Both the position numbers and the translations under genes were made by a program. From UHGV virus genome UHGV-1625515: a stretch of DNA of 10,511 nt, one strand, 5' to 3'. Numbering within the stretch: position 1 is the first letter of the stretch; each line of letters begins with the position of its first letter. Source of the DNA: a virus. The notes under the pieces are model-generated. The model did no database searches, was not told the origin of the DNA, and saw only the letters and a program-made list of their open reading frames with translations. Below are positions 10,405 to 10,511 of this stretch, one piece after another.

Positions 10405-10435
10405 ATCCCCGCCCCGACAGACCTGTGCTACCGGA

Positions 10436-10469
10436 AATAAAAAAGGCCATCAGTGTTTTACTGATGGCC
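10436..10469 (-). terminator. tR'-like intrinsic terminator immediately upstream of the holin: the expected target of Q-mediated antitermination of the late transcript
   Basis: Minus strand GGCCATCAG-UAAAACA-CUGAUGGCC forms a perfect 9-bp stem followed by UUUUUUAUUU, about 35 nt upstream of the holin start. Confidence 0.6.
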
Positions 10470-10511
10470 CTGCCCCGCCGTTACAGCATTGTGCCCGGTT
10501 CGGGTTGTGTG

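Overview
This window is the late region of a lambdoid (pro)phage, with every credible gene on the minus strand. Reading the minus strand from the window's right end to its left: a tR'-like terminator, a phage-21-type lysis cassette (dual-start pinholin, SAR endolysin, two small uncharacterised membrane-peptide ORFs, Rz with embedded Rz1), an intact cos site (cosQ side, cosN, cosB with R3/R2/R1), then a packaging and head module whose gene lengths and spacings match phage lambda as I recall it (Nu1, A, W, B, C with nested Nu3, D, E, FI, FII, and the 5' part of Z running off the window). The architecture is therefore mosaic: lambda-type cos and head genes joined to a non-lambda lysis cassette. 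The most interesting item is the unannotated two-gene insert between the endolysin and the spanins, bracketed by a strong hairpin terminator. No tRNA, rRNA, CRISPR array, IS element or integrase is visible. All plus-strand ORFs in the track look like antisense artefacts. Caveats: I cannot run BLAST or HMM searches. Protein identities come from recalled lambda and phage 21 sequences. Coordinates of non-ORF features (hairpins, cos elements) are hand-counted and may be off by 1-2 nt, and the ORF track reports GTG/TTG starts as M.
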